Shown here one piece after another: positions 1-10,134 of a stretch of DNA of 64,000 nucleotides. Position numbers and translations under genes: made by a program. The notes beneath the pieces were generated by a model. The model ran no database searches. It was not told the DNA's origin and saw nothing but the letters and a program-made list of their open reading frames with translations. Every line of letters starts with the position of its first letter. Position 1 is the first letter of the stretch. The stretch is taken from the NCBI GenBank assembly GCA_964566795.1, contig CAZMIU010000001.1:150764-214763 (forward strand), given 5' to 3'. This stretch comes from an uncultured Candidatus Saccharibacteria bacterium. GTDB taxonomy: Bacteria; Patescibacteriota; Minisyncoccia; Phycocordibacterales; SBAW01.

Positions 1-250
1 CATCGGATTGTTTAAAGAGTATTGCGTTCTCGAGATTGATGCCGACAGCCAAAAAGTCTTTAACCTCGTCAATAATATTTTGCCTGAGCTCCTGCGCGTC
101 TTTGAGCGAGTTCACCGCGTGATAGTCGGCGACCATCAAGAGACCCTGATGGTCGGCAAATAAATCAGCCATGGGCTTGAGCGCGCCAAAGTAGTTGCCA
201 ATATGCAGCGTGCCAGACGGCTGCAGGCCGGTAAAAATCCTCTCTGCCAT
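1..250 (-). CDS. trpS: Tryptophanyl-tRNA synthetase, N-terminal part (gene runs off the window start)
   Basis: Minus-strand translation from ATG at 248-250 gives MAERIFTGLQPSGTLHIGNYFGALKPMADL..., matching the TrpRS class I HIGH-region signature (QPSGxLHIGNYxGA). Confidence 0.8.
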   Translation of the reverse strand, partial: MAERIFTGLQPSGTLHIGNYFGALKPMADLFADHQGLLMVADYHAVNSLKDAQELRQNIIDEVKDFLAVGINLENAILFKQSD

Positions 251-303
251 ATGTGTATGAGTGTATCAGAAAAATGCTTATACAGCGCGGGTTTTATATA
301 CTA

Positions 304-332
304 TTGACCAAATAACTAAAAAAATGCATAAT
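304..332 (+). promoter_or_regulatory. sigma70-like promoter TTGACC-N17-CATAAT upstream of the 369-707 gene
   Basis: TTGACC at 304-309, 17-nt AT-rich spacer, CATAAT at 327-332. An aaggagacc Shine-Dalgarno at 356-364 precedes ATG 369. Confidence 0.45.
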
Positions 333-368
333 ACAAACAGTAAGAGACCTCTGACAAGGAGACCGCGC

Positions 369-707
369 ATGTCGTTTACCACAATTGGTGCTTGGATTGG
401 CAGGCAACACCGGCTCTGGCAGATTCCGCTCTTTATCGGATATGCCATTGCCTGGATTGTTTGGCAGGCACTTGGCGTCTTATACGCTATATGCATGCTT
501 GTACTGGGGTGCCTTTGGGGCCGGCGGCCCACAAACCACCAGCGCACAGTGTGGGCTGTAAGGACGGGGCTGGCCGTGCCGGCTCTCGTGTTTATCGGCT
601 TTGCCGCGTTGGCGGGCTACCAGATGCTTGGCCCTCTTATTTTTCCTGTGCTAGTACTGGCCATACTCTATGCGGGCGCAAAAATGCTGGTGTTGAGCTG
701 GCGGTAG
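369..707 (+). CDS. Hypothetical small integral membrane protein (3-4 TM)
   Basis: ORF 261-707. ATG at 369 is preceded by a strong SD, and the product MSFTTIGAWIGRQH... is highly hydrophobic. A promoter and terminator flank it. Confidence 0.5.
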   Translation: MSFTTIGAWIGRQHRLWQIPLFIGYAIAWIVWQALGVLYAICMLVLGCLWGRRPTNHQRTVWAVRTGLAVPALVFIGFAALAGYQMLGPLIFPVLVLAILYAGAKMLVLSWR

Positions 708-711
708 AACC

Positions 712-745
712 AAGGGCGGAAGGACGGAGTCCTCCGCCCTTTTGC
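712..745. terminator. GC-rich hairpin (gggcggaagga...tcctccgccc) plus T-run between convergent genes
   Basis: Imperfect 10-bp stem followed by tttt, immediately after the 707 stop and abutting the dnaJ stop. Confidence 0.4.
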
Positions 746-1860
746 TATATCCCTTCCTCTTTTAGTTTTTCAACGAGAGTCTTAGCTGATTTGGAGAGTT
801 TGTGGGGGAAGAGGATTTTTACTTTTACAAACATATCTCCCCTCTTGCCGCCGCGCAGCGGCACGCCGCGCCCCTTAACCTTGAGCATTTCACCGTGGGA
901 GACCCCCTGCGGGATATCTAGGTGCTCTGTGCCATCCAGGGTCTCGAGCTTGTAGGTGGTGCCCAAAAGCGCATCGGTGAGCTTGACCGAGAGCTCGGTC
1001 ACGATATTGGGGCCGTCTTTTTTGTAGCGGGGGTCCGGGGTCACGTGCACTTTTACATAGAGGTCGCCCGGCTGGCCGCCCGAGACAGCCTCGCCCAGGC
1101 CTGAGAGGCGTATCATCTCGTTGCCCTCGATACCGGCGGGCACCACAATGTCTACCTCCTCCTGCTTTTTGTATACACCCTCCCCGCGGCAGGTCTCGCA
1201 CTTTTCCTTGGGCACTTTGCCCTGCCCGCGGCAGTGGCGGCACATGCTCTGCATGGTAATTGTCCCAAAGAAGGAGTTGGTAGTCTCGTGCACCTTGCCT
1301 GCGCCGTTGCAGTGCGTGCAGGTAATCATATCCGTACCCATCCGGGCTCCCGAGCCCTGGCACGCCTCGCACGTACCCGTTTTGGCAAGCAACACCGAGC
1401 GCTTGGTGCCAAAGACAGAGTCTTTAAACGAGATCTCGAGGTCTATAGATATGTCGCGGCCGCGGCGCACGCGTGTGCCGCCGGTGGCCTGACCGGCAAA
1501 AAAGTCTGAAAAGATGTCTCCCATATCAAAGCCTCCCTGGCCTTGAGCCTGGTTAAACGCCTCGGCAAACTGCGAGAAGTCGAATCCGCCACCCTGGCCA
1601 AAGCCGCCAAAGCCAGCACCGGCGCCGCCCGCACTACCGCCACCGCCAAACACGCGGCCATAGCTGTCGTACTCTGCGCGCTTTTTGTCGTCCGAGAGCA
1701 CTGAGTAGGCTTCCGAGACCTCCTTAAACTTGTCTGCGTCGCCCTCTTTTTTGTCCGGGTGGAACTTGTGCGCAAGCTTATGGAACGCCTTTTTAATCTC
1801 CTCTTTGGACGCCTTCTTCTCGACGCCCAAGATCTCGTAATAGTCGCGCTTGTTAGACAT
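745..1860 (-). CDS. dnaJ: Molecular chaperone DnaJ
   Basis: J-domain with HPD motif (KFHPDKK), G/F-rich linker, four CxxCxGxG zinc-finger repeats, C-terminal domains. Confidence 0.95.
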   Translation of the reverse strand: MSNKRDYYEILGVEKKASKEEIKKAFHKLAHKFHPDKKEGDADKFKEVSEAYSVLSDDKKRAEYDSYGRVFGGGGSAGGAGAGFGGFGQGGGFDFSQFAEAFNQAQGQGGFDMGDIFSDFFAGQATGGTRVRRGRDISIDLEISFKDSVFGTKRSVLLAKTGTCEACQGSGARMGTDMITCTHCNGAGKVHETTNSFFGTITMQSMCRHCRGQGKVPKEKCETCRGEGVYKKQEEVDIVVPAGIEGNEMIRLSGLGEAVSGGQPGDLYVKVHVTPDPRYKKDGPNIVTELSVKLTDALLGTTYKLETLDGTEHLDIPQGVSHGEMLKVKGRGVPLRGGKRGDMFVKVKILFPHKLSKSAKTLVEKLKEEGI

Positions 1861-1875
1861 ATGTTGTGTAATATA

Positions 1876-3780
1876 TTACTCCCGATTGTCATCCTCCGCA
1901 AGCTTTGACTGTGCTCCCGCTTCCTCTTCGCTCACGCCCTCTTCAGAATCTTCATCTGTGCCAATACTTCCTTTATTCGTTTCATCGTCAGAGCCGATGA
2001 AACCTCCGGCTTGGATGCTCCACAACTTCTGATATAACCCGCGCTCGTTAACAAGCTGCAGATGCGTGCCTTGTGCCACAATGCTGCCCTTCTCCATCAC
2101 AATAATGCGGTCCATTTTCATGATTGTTGAGAGGCGGTGGGCTATCACAATTACCGTTTTGCCCTGCATTAAAGTCTCCAGTGCGTCTTGTATATAGGCC
2201 TCGGACTCCGAGTCGAGGCTCGACGTGGCCTCGTCTAGCACAAGTATCGGCGCGTCCTTGAGTATGGCGCGTGCAATAGCCACACGCTGCCTCTCGCCCC
2301 CTGAGAGTTTGATGCCGCGCTCGCCCACGTAGGTGTTGTAGCCCTCGGGTAGGCGGGAGATAAACTCGTGGCAGTGCGCCTTTTTGGCGGCCTCTATGAC
2401 CTGCTCGTCGGTGGCATCTCTCCAGCCATAGCGGATGTTGTCCATGAGCGTGCGATGGAACAAGATTGGCTCCTGTGGCACAAAGGCCATAGCGTCGCGC
2501 AAAGAGTCCTGAGTCACGCCCGATATATCCTGGCCATCGATCTTGATCGCCCCTTCGTCAACGTCGTAGAGGCGCAGAAGGAGCTTGGTTACGGTAGACT
2601 TGCCTGCCCCGCTAGGGCCCACAAGCGCAATGCGCTCGCCCCCGTCTATCGTCATATTGAACTGATGCAAAACAGGCGTGCCCTTGTGGAAGTTAAACGA
2701 GACATCATCAAACCAAACCACACCCCTATCAATTGCCAGATGCCGTGCCCCTTTTTTGTCTTTAACGTCGTGCGGAGTCTCGAGTATATGGGTCATCTCC
2801 TGAGCATCAGCCACCGCATCAAAGAAGCGTCTTAGCTCGCGGTTGATGCCATAGAGCCTGTCAAAGGTGCCCAAGAGATACGCTTGTATAAGCACAAAGT
2901 CGCCGATCGTAAGGAGCCCTTGGCCCCACAGTATCGTGGCTCCATACAGCATGCCGATATTGATCGCTATCATAAACACGCCCATAGCAGACCAGATCCA
3001 ATCGTCGGCATACCAGACCTTTCGTGTAGCGTCCGTAAGCGCGTCAAACGCTTTTTTGACTATAGAGCGCTCCCTCTCAAAGCCGGCAAAGAGCATCACG
3101 GTAGAGTGGTTTGATATTGCGTCTGCTAAGGTGCCTGTAGCCTTAGACTCCTCCTCAGCACGCAGTGCTCTTGCGGGTTGGCGTGCGCTCGCCACCCATA
3201 CTTGAAAGACTGTAAACACAATTGACCAGACCAAGAGCATGCCTCCCAAAAGCGGATGCCTGAGCGAGAGGACGACAATAGTACCCAGCACAAAGATAAA
3301 TGTTGGGAAAAACTGCAAAAATATCGCATCAAAAAGAACCTCGTATACGCGTGCAAAGCGGTTTACTTTGTGTGTAAGCGTGCCGGCAAAGTTGGAGACA
3401 AAGAAGTTGTACGAGTGCTTTATGAGGTGTTCAAAGGCGCGTACCGTGAGGTTGCGCATAACCTGGAGCTCAAGATACATGATGCTGCGGCTCTGCAGCC
3501 TGCGGGCCAAAAAGCCCCCGACATAAATAGCGGCAATAACCCCAACAACACTCAAGAGCTCGCTCGCCAATGCTGCCGAGGGTGTATTGATTGCAAGAGA
3601 GTTAAAGAATTGGCGCAAAAACCACGGAGCTGCAAGGTCGGCTGCCTGGATACCGATGTTGCCGAGTATGAGTAAGGCAAAAGCCCACTTATACTTGCGA
3701 GTCTCGCTCCAGTAGATCTGAGCTACAGACTTTACGCTTGCGAGCTTTTTCCCTTTTTTATCTTGAATAGAGTGAGACAT
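1876..3780 (-). CDS. ABC exporter, fused permease/ATPase (MsbA-like), acidic C-terminal tail
   Basis: Six-TM N-terminal half, then Walker A GPSGAGKST, ABC signature LSGGERQ and Walker B ILVLDEAT. The first ORF codon at 3805-3807 is TTG. ATG at 3778-3780 (MSHSIQ...) is the more likely start. Confidence 0.85.
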   Translation of the reverse strand: MSHSIQDKKGKKLASVKSVAQIYWSETRKYKWAFALLILGNIGIQAADLAAPWFLRQFFNSLAINTPSAALASELLSVVGVIAAIYVGGFLARRLQSRSIMYLELQVMRNLTVRAFEHLIKHSYNFFVSNFAGTLTHKVNRFARVYEVLFDAIFLQFFPTFIFVLGTIVVLSLRHPLLGGMLLVWSIVFTVFQVWVASARQPARALRAEEESKATGTLADAISNHSTVMLFAGFERERSIVKKAFDALTDATRKVWYADDWIWSAMGVFMIAINIGMLYGATILWGQGLLTIGDFVLIQAYLLGTFDRLYGINRELRRFFDAVADAQEMTHILETPHDVKDKKGARHLAIDRGVVWFDDVSFNFHKGTPVLHQFNMTIDGGERIALVGPSGAGKSTVTKLLLRLYDVDEGAIKIDGQDISGVTQDSLRDAMAFVPQEPILFHRTLMDNIRYGWRDATDEQVIEAAKKAHCHEFISRLPEGYNTYVGERGIKLSGGERQRVAIARAILKDAPILVLDEATSSLDSESEAYIQDALETLMQGKTVIVIAHRLSTIMKMDRIIVMEKGSIVAQGTHLQLVNERGLYQKLWSIQAGGFIGSDDETNKGSIGTDEDSEEGVSEEEAGAQSKLAEDDNRE

Positions 3781-3848
3781 TAGTATCAGTTTACACTGCC
3801 CAAACAAAAAAGCCTTGGTCGGTGATTGACAAGGCTCTTTTGTAGATA

Positions 3849-5750
3849 TTATTTTGGCTCGCTGTCTGTGGGAGGTGTGTCAGTTGGCTTTTGCTCATCC
3901 TGCGGAGCTTGCTGGGCGCCTGGCTCATTGGCGGCGGCTTTTTGTATTGCTTCGTACACTTTAGACATCTCCTTAGAGAGGTCCTCGGTCACTTGCTTAA
4001 TGCCCGCGGTGTCGTCGCTCCCCTTTTTGTCCTCGACCGCCTTAATCTTTTCCGTTATAGCGGTGCCAATGTCGGCCGGGATTTTGTCTTTGTTGTCATC
4101 GAGTGCTTTCTTGGCGGCGTATACAGACTGCTCGGCCACGTTGCGGGCTTCAGACAGCTCAAGCTTGGCCTTGTCTTGGCTAGCGTTGGCCTCGGCGTCT
4201 TTGCGCATCTTCTCTATGTCAGCATCACTAAGGCCCGATGAGCCCTCGATGCGTATACTCTGCTCCTTGTTGGTAGCCTTGTCCTTGGCTTTAACGGTAA
4301 GTATGCCGTTGGCATCTACGTCAAAGGTCACCTCAATCTGCGGCAGGCCGCGCGGTGCCGGAGGTATCCCGTCGAGCACAAAGCGGCCAAGGCTCTTGTT
4401 GTCTGCTGCCATGGCGCGCTCGCCCTGGGTGATGTGTATCTCTACCGATGTTTGGTTGTCTGCGGCGGTCGAGAAGGTCTGGGAGCGCGAGGTCGGGATA
4501 GTGGTGTTGCGCTCGATAAGTTTAGTCGCAACATTGCCCATGGTCTCAATGCCCAAAGACAGCGGGATAACGTCGAGCAAGAGTACATCCTTAACCTCGC
4601 CACCCAAGATACCGCCCTGGATAGCGGCGCCGAGCGCCACCACCTCGTCGGGGTTAACCGACATGTTGGGCTTTTTGCCAAAGTAGGCCTCGACAGCAGC
4701 CTGGAGTGCCGGCATGCGGGTCTGGCCGCCCACCAAGATAACCTCATTAATATCCGCGATCTTAAACGGTGATGCCTCCATGGCGCGGCGGGTTATAGCC
4801 ATGGCACGATCTATAAACTCGGCCGTAAGCTCCTCGAGCTTTGCACGCGTCATCTTAACCAAGAGGTGCCTGGGGCCGGAGGCGTCGGAAGTGATAAACG
4901 GGATGTTAACCTCGGTCTCCATAGAGGTAGAGAGCTCGATCTTGGCCTTTTCAGCCGCCTCGTCTAGGCGCTGGCGTGCCAGAGGGTCGTTACGCACATC
5001 AATGCCCGACTCCTTCTGGAACTCGAGGCTAAGCCAGTCGATGATCTTCTGGTCGATGTCCTTGCCGCCCAGGTGTGCGTCGCCGTCTGTAGAGCGCACC
5101 TCGATGGAGCCCTCCTCGCCGCCGGCCATGACAACCTCTAGGACCGATATGTCGAAGGTGCCTCCGCCAAAGTCGAATACGACCACCTTCTCGTCCTTTT
5201 TCTTGTTAAAGCCGTATGCAAGCGCGGCCGCGGTGGGCTCGTTGATGATGCGCTTAACCTCGAGCCCGGCAATCTTGCCGGCGTCGCGGGTTGCTGCGCG
5301 TTGCGCGTCGTTGAAGTAGGCGGGCACGGTGATAACCGCCTCGGTAATTGTCTCGCCCAGGCGCTTCTCGGCGTCCGCCTTGAGCTTGGAGAGGATCATC
5401 GCAGACACTTCCTCCGGGCGCATCTTTTGCTCGCCCATGGTCACTTCTATGCCGCCGTTTGCGGACTTGTGCATCTCAAACGGCACCACCGCCTTGTCTT
5501 TTTGCACAGCCTCCTCATCAAAGGTGTGGCCGATAAAACGCTTGATCTGGTAGACGGTGTTTTTGGGGTTGGTGACGGCCTGGCGGCGCGCAATAAGCCC
5601 GACCAGCCTCTCGCCGGTCTTAGACACCGCAACCACAGACGGCGTGGTGCGTGCACCCTCGCTGTTTTCCAAAATCTGGGGCTCGCCGCCGCGCATCACC
5701 GCCATTGCCGAGTTGGTTGTGCCCAAGTCTATTCCTAGAATTTTTCCCAT
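3849..5750 (-). CDS. dnaK: Molecular chaperone DnaK (Hsp70)
   Basis: Canonical Hsp70 signatures [27 protein letters not shown]; 633 aa. Confidence 0.97.
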   Translation of the reverse strand: MGKILGIDLGTTNSAMAVMRGGEPQILENSEGARTTPSVVAVSKTGERLVGLIARRQAVTNPKNTVYQIKRFIGHTFDEEAVQKDKAVVPFEMHKSANGGIEVTMGEQKMRPEEVSAMILSKLKADAEKRLGETITEAVITVPAYFNDAQRAATRDAGKIAGLEVKRIINEPTAAALAYGFNKKKDEKVVVFDFGGGTFDISVLEVVMAGGEEGSIEVRSTDGDAHLGGKDIDQKIIDWLSLEFQKESGIDVRNDPLARQRLDEAAEKAKIELSTSMETEVNIPFITSDASGPRHLLVKMTRAKLEELTAEFIDRAMAITRRAMEASPFKIADINEVILVGGQTRMPALQAAVEAYFGKKPNMSVNPDEVVALGAAIQGGILGGEVKDVLLLDVIPLSLGIETMGNVATKLIERNTTIPTSRSQTFSTAADNQTSVEIHITQGERAMAADNKSLGRFVLDGIPPAPRGLPQIEVTFDVDANGILTVKAKDKATNKEQSIRIEGSSGLSDADIEKMRKDAEANASQDKAKLELSEARNVAEQSVYAAKKALDDNKDKIPADIGTAITEKIKAVEDKKGSDDTAGIKQVTEDLSKEMSKVYEAIQKAAANEPGAQQAPQDEQKPTDTPPTDSEPK

Positions 5751-5783
5751 AAATTGTTTCTTTTATATTTAATCTAAATAAAT

Positions 5784-6266
5784 TTAGATTATTACCTGTG
5801 CTGGCCTAATAATTTGATTTCCTATCTTATATCCTGACCGTTCGACTGACTGGACTATGTGGTCATCTCCGTTCATTGCTAGAGCTTCATGCTCGTGCGG
5901 GTTGAATTCCTCCCCTTTTGTGCCAAACCGCTCTACTCCTACCTGCTGCAGCGAATTCAAAAACTGTTTTTCTATCATCTGTAAGTTTTTGTCGTCTGGA
6001 TGATGCTTCAGTGAAAGTTCTAGAGTGTCTAGAGCTGGAATCAGGGCCTCAATAAGTTCGGCCTTAAGACTGCCTTCTTTCCCTATAAGAAGCGAAGCTT
6101 CTTGGGCTTTATAGTTGGCAAAGTCGGCGCGTGCGCGCTGCCAGCCCTCGAGGTACTCCTGTTTTTCCTCGACTGCCTTGTTTAATTTCTCCCTAAGTTT
6201 TTTAAGAGCGGCGGGGCCGCCCTCTGCCTCCTCTTCGGAGACAAATTCTTCATCTGAAGTCTCCAT
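5784..6266 (-). CDS. grpE: Nucleotide exchange factor GrpE
   Basis: The C-terminal 160 aa of ORF 5784-6602 matches GrpE (coiled coil plus beta domain). The upstream ORF portion overlaps terminator and promoter signals and is judged non-coding. Start taken as ATG 6264-6266 (METSDEEF...). Confidence 0.8.
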   Translation of the reverse strand: METSDEEFVSEEEAEGGPAALKKLREKLNKAVEEKQEYLEGWQRARADFANYKAQEASLLIGKEGSLKAELIEALIPALDTLELSLKHHPDDKNLQMIEKQFLNSLQQVGVERFGTKGEEFNPHEHEALAMNGDDHIVQSVERSGYKIGNQIIRPAQVII

Positions 6267-6276
6267 ACGTACAAGT

Positions 6277-6319
6277 ATTCTACACAAAAAAATGCCGCCG
6301 TCAAATTTTGACGGCGGCA
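6277..6319 (-). promoter_or_regulatory. grpE promoter (TTGACG-N16-TAGAAT) overlapped by a 13-bp-arm inverted repeat (candidate heat-shock operator)
   Basis: Minus strand reads TGCCGCCGTCAAA-A-TTTGACGGCGGCA, then TTTTTTT-GTG-TAGAAT, then 10 nt to ATG. The -35 lies inside the right arm of the inverted repeat. Confidence 0.45.
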
Positions 6320-6360
6320 ACTCCACACAAAGGCTCAAGAGCTCCCTGCCTAGTATATCA

Positions 6361-6392
6361 AAAAGAAAACCCGCTCCGGCGGGTTTTCTGTT
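6361..6392 (-). terminator. Rho-independent terminator downstream of rpsI (end of ribosomal operon)
   Basis: Minus strand: aaaacccgccggagcggg hairpin followed by ttttctttt. Confidence 0.6.
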
Positions 6393-6477
6393 CTTAGCGT
6401 TTTGTCCACCTACGGCCTGCTCGCTTGCGAGCATCGGCCGTTCCCCTCTTCGGGGGATCGGAGTAAACGCTAAGCAG

Positions 6478-6903
6478 TTAGCGTTTACTCCACTGCTTGC
6501 GCTTGCGGGCCTTAACGAAGCCGGCTTTGCGGCGCTCCTTGGCGCGAGGGTCGCGCTTGAGAAAGCCCTCTGCCTTAAGCGCGCCGCGCAGGTTGATATC
6601 ATAGTCGATAAGCGCGCGCGAGATAGCGTGGCGCACGGCTGTGGCCTGGCCTGCGATGCCGCCGCCTTTAACCACTACGGTTACAGTAAACGGAGTCGAG
6701 AGCGAGAGCTTAAGGAAGGGCTCGACAGCAGTCGTGCGGAGCGTCTCGGTGTGGAAGTAGTCCTCAGCAGGCTTGCCGTTGATGACAACGCTGGTGCGGG
6801 CCGAGGGTGCGAGGCGTGCACGGGCAATAGCCGTCTTGCGGCGCCCTACTGCCTCAAAGCCCTCTATGTTTGTTGCGGTTGCCATACTGGTAATGGTATT
6901 CAC
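6478..6903 (-). CDS. rpsI: 30S ribosomal protein S9
   Basis: C-terminal ...GFLKRDPRAKERRKAGFVKARKRKQWSKR is typical of uS9. Confidence 0.9.
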   Translation of the reverse strand: MNTITSMATATNIEGFEAVGRRKTAIARARLAPSARTSVVINGKPAEDYFHTETLRTTAVEPFLKLSLSTPFTVTVVVKGGGIAGQATAVRHAISRALIDYDINLRGALKAEGFLKRDPRAKERRKAGFVKARKRKQWSKR

Positions 6904-6905
6904 TA

Positions 6906-7247
6906 TTAATTTTCTATAACGAGATTCTTGATGCGGCGCATCTGGAGCCTGTTCTTGGGGAGCATGCCGAGCACTGCGCGGCGCAATACCTCACGGTTGC
7001 CCCGGCGTGCCACGACCTGCTCGTACGTCTCAGACTTCTGACCGCCCGGGTAGCCGGAGTAGCGGATGTACTCCTTCTGCTTTGCCTTGTCGCCGGAGAT
7101 CTTGAGGCTATTAGCGTTAACGATCTTAACCTCGCCCTCTGCCACGACATTTTTAGCAAAGGCAGCGTCGTGCTTACCCAGGAGTGCCTTGGCTGCGGCA
7201 GATGCCACACGGCCGAGAGTCTTGTTGTGTGCGTCGATGGTAATCAT
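6906..7247 (-). CDS. rplM: 50S ribosomal protein L13 (short form)
   Basis: uL13-like sequence immediately upstream of rpsI, the conserved L13-S9 pair. Confidence 0.85.
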   Translation of the reverse strand: MITIDAHNKTLGRVASAAAKALLGKHDAAFAKNVVAEGEVKIVNANSLKISGDKAKQKEYIRYSGYPGGQKSETYEQVVARRGNREVLRRAVLGMLPKNRLQMRRIKNLVIEN

Positions 7248-7293
7248 GTTTTTAAATTCGCTTTTTTATTGGTGATTGATTTCGTACGCTTCG

Positions 7294-7641
7294 CTAGACG
7301 AACTCAATCACGGCCATGGGTGCGGCGTCGCCCTTGCGCGGACCCATCTTGGTAATGCGCAGGTAGCCTCCCGAGCGGCCCTCATACGCCTCGGCGATCT
7401 TGATAACCTTAGAGGCGGTTGCAGCAGCACCGAGCGATGCGATAAGCAGGCGGCGGTTGGCAAGAGTCGGATTCTTGCCCTTGGTGACCATCTTCTCGAC
7501 CATAGGCCTAATCTCCTTGGCGCGCGCCTCGGTAGTGGTCATTTTGCGGCGGATGATGAGGTTGCGCGCAAGCGACTTGAGGAACGCCTCGCGTTTTGCC
7601 TTGGTGCGACCAAACTTCCTATTTACATTACCGTGACGCAT
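7294..7641 (-). CDS. rplQ: 50S ribosomal protein L17
   Basis: MRHGNVNRKFGRTKAKREAFLKSLA... matches bL17; follows rpoA. Confidence 0.9.
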   Translation of the reverse strand: MRHGNVNRKFGRTKAKREAFLKSLARNLIIRRKMTTTEARAKEIRPMVEKMVTKGKNPTLANRRLLIASLGAAATASKVIKIAEAYEGRSGGYLRITKMGPRKGDAAPMAVIEFV

Positions 7642-7650
7642 ACAATTGTG

Positions 7651-8607
7651 TTACTTGAGGACAATACCAAAGTTTGCCAAAGCGCGCTTGATCTCCTGGA
7701 TCGACTTGGGGCCCAGGCCCTCTACCTCCATAAGGTCCTGCTCCTTCTTGCGGGCAAGGCCGCCTACGGTGCGGATGTTGGCTGCCTGGAGCGAGGAGAT
7801 GGTGCGGGATGAGAGTTCGAGGTCCTCGATGCGGGTCTTCATGGCCTCGGCTGCGTCCATAGCGGACGCGGCTGGGGCCTGGCTCATGCCGGTGCCCGCC
7901 TCAGACTCAATCTCCTCCTCCCTAAAGCCGACCACGGCCTTAAGCTGGGTGATCATGATCTCGATAGAGTGCTCGAGTGCCTGGCGCGGGGAGAGCGTTC
8001 CATCGGTCTCGATAGAGAGGCGCAGGCGGTTAAAGTCGGTGCGGTCGCCCACGCGCATATTCTCCACCTCGTAGTTAACGCGCCTGATGGGGCTAAAGAT
8101 GGCGTCTACAGATATCTCACCTATCTCCACGCGGTCCTTCTTAAGAGCCTCGCGCGGCACATAGCCCAAGCCCTGCTCGACGGTAAAGGTCATCTCGATA
8201 CCTTGCTTGCCGGTGAGCTCGCAGATGTAGGAGTTGGGGTTAAGGAGGCGCACCTGGCCCGGGAGCTTAAGGTCCTCGCCGGTTACGCGCTTGGGTCCCT
8301 TAAGAGAAAGGGTTACAGACTGCGACTCGCCCGAGAGCACCTCGAAGCGCAACTTCTTAAGGTTAAGAAGTATGGTGACCACGTCCTCGCGTACCCCGTC
8401 GAGGGTAGAAAACTCATGTTCAACACCCTCGATCTTTACCGAGGTTACAGCCGCACCCGGGAGGCTGGAGAGGATAATACGGCGCAGCGAGTTGCCCAAG
8501 GTATGACCGTACCCCGGGTACAGTCCGTCTATCTCGTATGTGCCCTCTGCTTCGTCCTCCTTAACCACGCGTGGCTTGGAGGGCAGTGTTATAGAATATT
8601 CCATCAT
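7651..8607 (-). CDS. rpoA: DNA-directed RNA polymerase subunit alpha
   Basis: N-terminal dimerisation domain and C-terminal alpha-CTD (HhH); 318 aa. Confidence 0.95.
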   Translation of the reverse strand: MMEYSITLPSKPRVVKEDEAEGTYEIDGLYPGYGHTLGNSLRRIILSSLPGAAVTSVKIEGVEHEFSTLDGVREDVVTILLNLKKLRFEVLSGESQSVTLSLKGPKRVTGEDLKLPGQVRLLNPNSYICELTGKQGIEMTFTVEQGLGYVPREALKKDRVEIGEISVDAIFSPIRRVNYEVENMRVGDRTDFNRLRLSIETDGTLSPRQALEHSIEIMITQLKAVVGFREEEIESEAGTGMSQAPAASAMDAAEAMKTRIEDLELSSRTISSLQAANIRTVGGLARKKEQDLMEVEGLGPKSIQEIKRALANFGIVLK

Positions 8608-8656
8608 AACTCAATCGTTGAATATTAATCTTAATAATGTTTGACCCTAAAATAAG

Positions 8657-9268
8657 TTAGCGGCTGTAGAACTGAATGATGGTAGCCGCGCTAAACGGTG
8701 CTTCTGTCTCGCCCACATTCGGGTTGGCCGCGATCTTAACCGCAAAGCCCTGATCTTCAAAGGCCATCCACGACGGCGCCTTGGTCTCGGCCATGACATC
8801 GGTGCGGTTGGCAAAAAGAGGGCTGGTGCGGGACTCCTGGCGGATAGAGACAACATCGCCCACCTCTGTCTTGTACGACGGTACATTGAGGCGGCGGCCG
8901 TTAACCATCACGTGGCCATGGCCCACAAGCTGGCGCGCTGCGCGGCGGGTCTTAACAAACCCTGCGCGGTAGATAACGTTGTCGAGGCGTGCCTCAAGGC
9001 GGCCCAAAAGCAGGCCTGCGGCTGCGCCGTGGCTCGACATTGCCTCGTGCACATAGCGGCTAAACTGGGACTCCGAGAGGCCGTAGGTAAAGCGCGCCTT
9101 CTGCTTCTCCAAAAGCTGTGCGCCAAAGTCGTTGCCGCCGCCGCGCTTGGGGCGACCGCCACGACGGGGAGCGCGTGCCTCGGCAAGCTGGAACTTCTGC
9201 GTTTGGCACTTCTCAAACACCGAGGCGCCGAGACGTTTGCAGATTTTGTATTTTGGTCCGATAAGCAT
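8657..9268 (-). CDS. rpsD: 30S ribosomal protein S4
   Basis: uS4 N-terminus MLIGPKYKICKRLG... and S4 RNA-binding domain. Confidence 0.9.
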   Translation of the reverse strand: MLIGPKYKICKRLGASVFEKCQTQKFQLAEARAPRRGGRPKRGGGNDFGAQLLEKQKARFTYGLSESQFSRYVHEAMSSHGAAAGLLLGRLEARLDNVIYRAGFVKTRRAARQLVGHGHVMVNGRRLNVPSYKTEVGDVVSIRQESRTSPLFANRTDVMAETKAPSWMAFEDQGFAVKIAANPNVGETEAPFSAATIIQFYSR

Positions 9269-9297
9269 AAGAGTTTGGAATTCGTTACAGGGTTTGA

Positions 9298-9726
9298 CTA
9301 TACGCGGCGGGCCTTGCGTGCGCGGGGGCCGTTGTGCGGTACCGGGGTTACATCCTTGATAGATGCGATGCCAATGCCCTTGGTGGCAAACGCGCGGATA
9401 GAGCTCTCGCGGCCGGAGCCTACGCCCTTAACCACCACACCCACCTCCTTAAGACCCATGCTAACGCCGCGCTCGCCCAAGAGCTCGCCCACTTTGGCAG
9501 CCGCAAACGGGGTGCCCTTTTTGGCACCGGCAAAGCCCAATGAACCTGCCGAGGACCACGAGACCACATTGCCCTGCGCGTCGGCCAAAGAGAGCTTGGT
9601 GTTGTTGTAGGTAGCCTCTACAAAGAGGGTGCCCACATCAAGCTTGCGCTTGGAGGTGCGCGACGAGGCACCCGAGCCAGAGCCCCCGGTGTCACCTCCC
9701 TTTTTAACTACGCGTTTCTTTCCCAT
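9298..9726 (-). CDS. rpsK: 30S ribosomal protein S11
   Basis: uS11 core ...GSLGFAGAKKGTPFAAAKVGE... Confidence 0.9.
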   Translation of the reverse strand: MGKKRVVKKGGDTGGSGSGASSRTSKRKLDVGTLFVEATYNNTKLSLADAQGNVVSWSSAGSLGFAGAKKGTPFAAAKVGELLGERGVSMGLKEVGVVVKGVGSGRESSIRAFATKGIGIASIKDVTPVPHNGPRARKARRV

Positions 9727-9742
9727 ATAAATAGATTACAGA

Positions 9743-10120
9743 TTAGGTCTTGCTCTCCTTGCGGCGGCCCGAGCCCATGGTGCGGCGGACGTTGCCACGT
9801 ACGGTGCGGGAGTTGGTCTTGGTGCGCTGGCCGCGTGCGGGCATGTTCTTTTGGTGGCGGGAGCCGCGGTATGAGCCAATATCCTTCAGCCGCTTAATGT
9901 TTGCGGACACCTCGCGCTTAAGGTCGCCCTCGAGCTTCAGCACATCGAGCTCCTTACGCAGGGCGTTCTCCTCATCGGCCGACAGCTCGTCTGCGCGCTT
10001 AAACGGGTCTACCTTGGCTGCCTTGCAGATTGCCTTGCCGCGGGAAATGCCAATGCCGTAGAGCGCCGTAAGTGCGTACGGGACGTGCTTGTTGGGGAGT
10101 GTAATGCCTGAAATACGCAT
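9743..10120 (-). CDS. rpsM: 30S ribosomal protein S13
   Basis: MRISGITLPNKHVPYALTALYGIG... matches uS13. Confidence 0.9.
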   Translation of the reverse strand: MRISGITLPNKHVPYALTALYGIGISRGKAICKAAKVDPFKRADELSADEENALRKELDVLKLEGDLKREVSANIKRLKDIGSYRGSRHQKNMPARGQRTKTNSRTVRGNVRRTMGSGRRKESKT

Positions 10121-10134
10121 GTGTGTATCGAAAT

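Noticed and set aside
6277-6319. CIRCE or HAIR heat-shock operator upstream of grpE
   Set aside because: The inverted repeat present does not match the CIRCE (TTAGCACTC-N9-GAGTGCTAA) or HAIR (CTTGAGT-N7-ACTCAAG) consensus. It is reported instead as a novel candidate operator.
6267-6602. N-terminal 110 aa of the 272-aa grpE ORF
   Set aside because: This stretch covers the rpsI terminator, a second hairpin and the grpE promoter. GrpE homology starts at METSDEEF, so the true start is 6266.
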